Below, piece after piece: positions 27,984 to 32,000 of a stretch of 32,000 bases of DNA. The translations under genes were made by a program, and so were the position numbers. The stretch's first letter is position 1. Each line of letters opens with the position of its first letter. Origin of the DNA: Nodosilinea sp. FACHB-141 (lineage in GTDB: Bacteria; Cyanobacteriota; Cyanobacteriia; Phormidesmidales; Phormidesmidaceae); NCBI RefSeq assembly GCF_014696135.1, contig NZ_JACJPP010000024.1, positions 1 to 32,000 on the forward strand, written 5' to 3'. Below the pieces are notes generated by a model. That model made no database searches and had not been told where the DNA came from. It saw nothing but the letters and a program-made list of their open reading frames with translations.

Positions 27984-28840
27984 CCACCCTTGCACCTCCC
28001 CAAATTCGCGCTGCCAAACAGCGGAGCAGTCGACGGCAGCAGACCCTTTGGACCATTGGGCTATGTGCCTTCTTTTTAGCGGCCATCATCTTCAGCACCT
28101 GGGTGATTGGCGATGCTGGACTTAGCCCGGTATTGACCCAGCGCAACCAGCCCCCCTCCCTAGCCCATCCCTTTGGCACCGACTGGTTGGGGCGAGACAT
28201 GCTGACGCGATCGCTCCACGGCATGTCCCTCAGCCTGCGGGTGGGTCTGCTGGCCGCCACCGCCAGCGCGCTGATTGCCACTCTGCTGGGGTTAGCGGCA
28301 GGCACGTTGGGCGGCTGGGTTGATGCCGTTATCTGCTGGATTATCGACGTGTGCTTTAGCCTGCCCCACCTGGTGCTGCTGATTTTAGTTGCCTTTGCGG
28401 TCGGGGGCGGCACCCGGGGGGTAATCATCGCCGTAGCGCTGACCCACTGGCCTAGTCTGGCCCGCGTCATTCGAGCAGAGGTGTTGCAGGTCAACAGCTC
28501 CGACTATGTGCAGCTCTCCCATCGGCTGGGTCGCTCTCCCGCCTGGATTGCCCGCCACCACATGGTGCCCCACGTCATTCCTCAGCTGCTGGTGGGGTTG
28601 ATTCTGCTGTTTCCCCACGCCATTTTGCACGAGGCAGCGCTGTCGTTTATCGGCATTGGCATTTCGCCGCACCTGCCTGCCATCGGCATTATTTTGGCGG
28701 AGTCGATGCGGCACCTATCTACCGGCTACTGGTGGTTGGGGGTGATGCCCGGTTTGCTGCTGCTGCTGTCGGTCAAAGCTTTTGACTGGCTGGGCGAAAA
28801 TCTGCGGGCGTTGCTCGATCCAAAGACGAGTCAGGGGTAG
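27980..28840 (+). CDS. ABC transporter permease (DppC/OppC/NikC-like)
   Basis: 286 aa. It contains PFGTDWLGRDMLTR, typical of the OppC N-terminal region, and the EAA-like segment SHRLGRSPAWIARHHMVPHVIP. An ATGA overlap links it to the upstream gene. Confidence 0.8.
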   Translation: MTTLAPPQIRAAKQRSSRRQQTLWTIGLCAFFLAAIIFSTWVIGDAGLSPVLTQRNQPPSLAHPFGTDWLGRDMLTRSLHGMSLSLRVGLLAATASALIATLLGLAAGTLGGWVDAVICWIIDVCFSLPHLVLLILVAFAVGGGTRGVIIAVALTHWPSLARVIRAEVLQVNSSDYVQLSHRLGRSPAWIARHHMVPHVIPQLLVGLILLFPHAILHEAALSFIGIGISPHLPAIGIILAESMRHLSTGYWWLGVMPGLLLLLSVKAFDWLGENLRALLDPKTSQG

Positions 28841-28842
28841 CT

Positions 28843-29772
28843 ATGCTGTCAGTTTCAAATCTCAGCGTTACGTTTACCCAGTACGAGCAGGGGCTGCGCC
28901 GCAAGCAGCTCACGGTGATCACTGACCTGGATTTGGAGGTCAAAGCCGGGGAAGTGGTGGCGGTGGTGGGCGCTAGCGGGTCGGGTAAGAGCCTGCTGGC
29001 CCACGCCATTTTGGGAATTTTGCCGGAGAACGCGACCGTCGGCGGCACAATGCTGTTTCAGGGTCAGCCGCTGACGCCCCAACGGTGGCAGCAGCTGCGC
29101 GGCAAGGCCATTGCTCTGATTCCTCAGTCGGTGGGCTACCTCGATCCGCTGATGCGGGTGGGGCAGCAGGTGCAGCGGGTGGCCCAGCTCAACGGCCTAT
29201 CTAAGCCTGCGGCCCGAACGACGGTGAAGCAAACCTTTCATCGCTACGACTTGCCGCCCCAGACCGGTCGCTGCTACCCGTTTCAGGTGTCGGGGGGAAT
29301 GGCGCGGCGGGTGCTGGTGTCTACGGCGGTGGTCAGCCAGGCCGACCTGGTGATTGCCGACGAACCCACTCCTGGCCTGCACCCCGATGTGGTGGTCGAA
29401 ACCCTGAATCACCTGCGGGAGTTGGCCCAGGAAGGGCGCGGGGTAATTCTCATTACCCACGACATTCAAGCGGCGCTGATGGTGGCTGACCGGGTAGCGG
29501 TGTTTTACGCCGGCACGACCGCAGAGATCGCCTCGGCTCAGGACTTTGCTACCAGGAACCTGCGTCACCCCTACACCCAGGCGCTCTGGCGATCGCTGCC
29601 CCAAAATGATTTTGCGCCGGTACCCGGTAACCAGCCCAGCCCTGAGGCGCTGCCGGTGGGCTGCCTGTTTAGCGATCGCTGCCCCTGGATGACAGAGGCC
29701 TGTCTGCCCGAGCGACCGGCGCTGCGGGCAGTGCGAGGTGGTTTAGTGAGGTGCATTCATGCTGACCGGTGA
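28843..29772 (+). CDS. ABC transporter ATP-binding protein (DppD/NikD-like)
   Basis: It has Walker A GASGSGKS, signature VSGGMARR and Walker B VIADEPTPGL, plus a C-terminal oligopeptide-type extension. Confidence 0.85.
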   Translation: MLSVSNLSVTFTQYEQGLRRKQLTVITDLDLEVKAGEVVAVVGASGSGKSLLAHAILGILPENATVGGTMLFQGQPLTPQRWQQLRGKAIALIPQSVGYLDPLMRVGQQVQRVAQLNGLSKPAARTTVKQTFHRYDLPPQTGRCYPFQVSGGMARRVLVSTAVVSQADLVIADEPTPGLHPDVVVETLNHLRELAQEGRGVILITHDIQAALMVADRVAVFYAGTTAEIASAQDFATRNLRHPYTQALWRSLPQNDFAPVPGNQPSPEALPVGCLFSDRCPWMTEACLPERPALRAVRGGLVRCIHADR

Positions 29773-30388
29773 AGGACTTTGGTTTCGCTATGCGCCCCAG
29801 CTGCCCTGGGTGGTGCAGTCCCAGTCTCTGACCGTGAAACCGGGCGAAGTCGTCGGACTGATGGCCCCTTCTGGCTTTGGCAAAACAACCCTAGCTAAGC
29901 TGTTGGCAGGCTATTTGATGCCCACCCAAGGCGGGGTGAGCGTAGACGAGCAGCCGCTTCCTGCCCGGCGGTACTGCCCAGTGCAGCTCGTTTTTCAAAA
30001 TCCGGAGCTGGCGGTCAACCCGCGCTGGCGCATCGACCAGATTTTGCGCGAAGGCCATCCCCCCCAGATGCATCAGCTCGATGCTCTGGGCATTCACCCT
30101 GGCTGGCTCAGCCGCTACCCCCACGAGCTGAGCGGCGGTGAGCTGCAGCGAATTGCGATCGCCCGCACCCTCAACCCCCAGACCCGCTACCTGATCGCCG
30201 ACGAAATGACGGCCATGCTCGACGCCAACACCCAGGCGCTGATCTGGCAGGCCGTTCTGGCCTACACCCGCTCCCATCAGATCGGGGTTTTGGTGGTCAG
30301 CCACGATTGGCCTCTGATGAGGCGGCTGTGCGACCGCATCCTCGATTTGGCCGCCACACAAGACCACCGCACTCTAATTTCTCAGTAG
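29759..30388 (+). CDS. ABC transporter ATP-binding protein (DppF/NikE-like, short)
   Basis: It has Walker A APSGFGKTT, signature LSGGELQR and Walker B LIADEMTAMLD. Confidence 0.85.
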   Translation: MLTGEGLWFRYAPQLPWVVQSQSLTVKPGEVVGLMAPSGFGKTTLAKLLAGYLMPTQGGVSVDEQPLPARRYCPVQLVFQNPELAVNPRWRIDQILREGHPPQMHQLDALGIHPGWLSRYPHELSGGELQRIAIARTLNPQTRYLIADEMTAMLDANTQALIWQAVLAYTRSHQIGVLVVSHDWPLMRRLCDRILDLAATQDHRTLISQ

Positions 30389-30577
30389 CCGCAGCCCGCT
30401 CAGCGTCACGATTACCGTCGAGCCTTCGTGCCCTAGCACGCCCAAGGGCAACGTCAAATTGCTTGGAAAATTCGAAATCAGCAGAATCACGATAAACCCA
30501 AGGGCAAACACTATGTTTTGTTTGACCACGCTCTGAGCCCGACGGCCCAGGCATCGTGTGCGCCCCCTTAGTGTGGC
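30374..30577 (-). pseudogene. C-terminal remnant of a heavy-metal P-type ATPase
   Basis: A minus-strand frame different from track ORF 30297..30554 reads ...LGRRAQSVVKQNIVFALGFIVILLISNFPSNLTLPLGVLGHEGSTVIVTLSGLRLLRN*. This matches the conserved last transmembrane segment and tail of P1B-ATPases (IKQN...HEGSTV.V.LN.LRLL). An in-frame stop lies just upstream at 30578-30580, and there is no N-terminal body. Confidence 0.55.
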
Positions 30578-30980
30578 TTACAGCCTGCTAGCTGATTGAG
30601 CAGCAGCAAATCGAGCCCGCCCTCGTCATTGGCATGCCGATTGGGTTTAGCTATGCCTCAGCGGCAAAGCGGCGACTGGCGGCGACAAAAGTTGCTCACA
30701 TCACAATTAAGGCAGCCTCGGCGGTGGGCTTTTAGCATCAGTGGCGTTAAATTCTCTAGTAGAAATGCTCATTGAAAAGCCGGATTGTCACTGTTACCTG
30801 ACCCGTTCTTAGCTTCAATCCCTGTCCCAGTCGCGCAAAATCCGCATTCTCTCGTTTCCGCCTAAGCCCGAAGCTATACATTCCACGTTGAGTAGTTGCC
30901 TGCGCGCAATTAGCCAATCTGACTTGCCCCACGCCCTTACTCACAAAAGAGCTGCCAAGAGAGATTGTGATGCTGCTCTA

Positions 30981-31000
30981 CGGCGCGGGGCAGCTATTCA
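30981..31000 (+). repeat. right copy of exact 20-bp direct repeat CGGCGCGGGGCAGCTATTCA
   Basis: Identical to 25024-25043. Confidence 0.9.
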
Positions 31001-31072
31001 ATCTGTCATCACTACAGCTATGCAAGGGCTAGACTAACCGGCCTCCTTAGTATTAGCCAAAACGGACTAGCA

Positions 31073-31618
31073 CTATGCCTCGATAGACGGCTGTATAGCG
31101 TAACCGGCAAAGGTCACCTCAAAGCCATCTCCTTCGGGGGAAGCAGCCATGATGCCTATCTGAAGGGCGGGCGCGTCTTGGAAGTAGGTCAACCGAAAGG
31201 GCCTGAAGTCACCGTTTTCATCCCTGTAGAGTAGCTCAATCGCCTCGCCCCGCCGTTCTAGCCGCAGCCGCAGCGTTTCAGGGGCCTTGGTTAGCGCCAC
31301 CATCGACCAGTCAGAGTAGTCATGGGTGACGACGGCGCTCAGGTTTTGCACTCCGTTCACGTACTCAATACCCGCTTTCAGCCAGTGGTTGTTGTCAATG
31401 TGCACCATCAGCCCCGCTTGGTCGTAGAGGTCGCGATACTGTCCCACAATCGTGACCTCGGCTACGAAGTCTCCGGTGATAGTTTCGTAGAAAAAGTGAC
31501 CGCTGTGGCGAATAAAGCCATAGTGGGTAATCCGCCAAAAGTCAGTGTTGGGGGCGGTAGTGAGGGTAATTTGCTGGTCGGTTTGTGCCCACTGGGGCGG
31601 TTCATTGAGCCATTGCAT
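31073..31618 (-). CDS. DUF1349-family (concanavalin-like) protein
   Basis: 181 aa. MQWLNEPPQW...TDFWR.THYGF...DQAGLMV...WLKAGIE matches my recollection of the DUF1349 pattern. Confidence 0.55.
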   Translation of the reverse strand: MQWLNEPPQWAQTDQQITLTTAPNTDFWRITHYGFIRHSGHFFYETITGDFVAEVTIVGQYRDLYDQAGLMVHIDNNHWLKAGIEYVNGVQNLSAVVTHDYSDWSMVALTKAPETLRLRLERRGEAIELLYRDENGDFRPFRLTYFQDAPALQIGIMAASPEGDGFEVTFAGYAIQPSIEA

Positions 31619-31674
31619 GGGGTTTTCTCACAGCGTTCAAACGACAAAAAGAGAGACGGGGTTATGCAGCGAGC

Positions 31675-32000
31675 CTAGACCGTCTCTTCTAGAGACAGCA
31701 GGAACTGCCTGAGGAGCGGCACGAGTAGGTCTAGCTCGTTGGGAGTAGCAAATTGTGCCAGCAGTTCGTGTTCTTTGGCAAACAAGACTGGCATCACCGC
31801 ATTGGCTAGCTCAATACCTTTAGAAGTGAGCTGCACAATCACGCTGCGGCGATCGCCCGCATCCCTGAGGCGCTCTACAAGGCCGTCCTGCTCTAGGCGG
31901 TCGATGCGGTTGGTCATTGCCCCAGACGATAGCATCAGCAGGCTATACAAATCCGTGGGCTTGAGCTGATAGGGCGGCCCCTGGCGGCGTAGGGTAGCCA
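31675..32000 (-). CDS. MarR-family transcriptional regulator, C-terminal part (5' end beyond the window)
   Basis: The frame stays open to the window edge. ...LKPTDLYSLLMLSSGAMTNRIDRLEQDGLVERLRDAGDRRSVIVQLTSKGIEL is the MarR winged-helix signature. Confidence 0.65.
   Translation of the reverse strand, partial: ATLRRQGPPYQLKPTDLYSLLMLSSGAMTNRIDRLEQDGLVERLRDAGDRRSVIVQLTSKGIELANAVMPVLFAKEHELLAQFATPNELDLLVPLLRQFLLSLEETV

Noticed and set aside
30297-30554. Track ORF 30297..30554(-), 85 aa
   Set aside because: Its translation is junk-like. The meaningful signal on this strand is in another frame (the P-type ATPase tail, 30374-30577).
30756-30944. Track ORF 30756..30944(-), 62 aa
   Set aside because: It has no recognisable features and sits in a region of gene debris. 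I left it unannotated.

Overview
The window looks like a plasmid, or a plasmid-derived island, from a cyanobacterium. The HIP1 octamer GCGATCGC is frequent in the GC-rich parts. All calls come from reading the ORF translations and the DNA by eye, with no database search.

Layout:
- 1-4145: replicon backbone. It holds a small RHH operon, a prim-pol-type Rep candidate and a conserved hypothetical.
- 4242-7408: a TIR-adaptor protein plus an NB-ARC/TPR STAND NTPase, a conflict-system pair. The TPR sensor is built from 8 near-identical 126-bp repeats.
- 7494-8620: a type-Ib-like partition locus (ParA plus an RHH ParG-like protein). Its ACCAGAT iterons also run through the coding sequence of the RHH gene.
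- 9193-11048: a frameshifted NERD-SF1 (UvrD-like) helicase.
- 11185-18904: a mosaic R-M-like module. It has one MTase-like protein lacking NPPY, one NPPY adenine MTase, a deletion scar with two gene remnants, and two tandem paralogous GIY-YIG(T5orf172)-SF2 helicase proteins.
- 19054-20624: two convergent EVE/PUA-like reader proteins and a catalytic-domain-only tyrosine recombinase.
- 20650-25368: an AT-rich, HIP1-free island. It carries an 876-aa tyrosine-recombinase-like protein with a triplicated N-terminal module. About 320 bp upstream of that gene lies a perfect 44-bp palindrome inside a 22-bp-phased repeat array, followed by about 1.5 kb more of ORF-free DNA with operator-like palindromes.
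- 25369-30388: a five-gene Opp/Dpp/Nik-family ABC importer, bracketed by an exact 20-bp direct repeat.
- 30374-32000: gene fragments, a DUF1349 protein and a partial MarR regulator.

The most interesting candidates are the giant recombinase with its palindromic site, which could be a telomere-resolvase-like or novel site-specific system, and the MTase plus dual GIY-YIG-helicase module with adjacent EVE readers.
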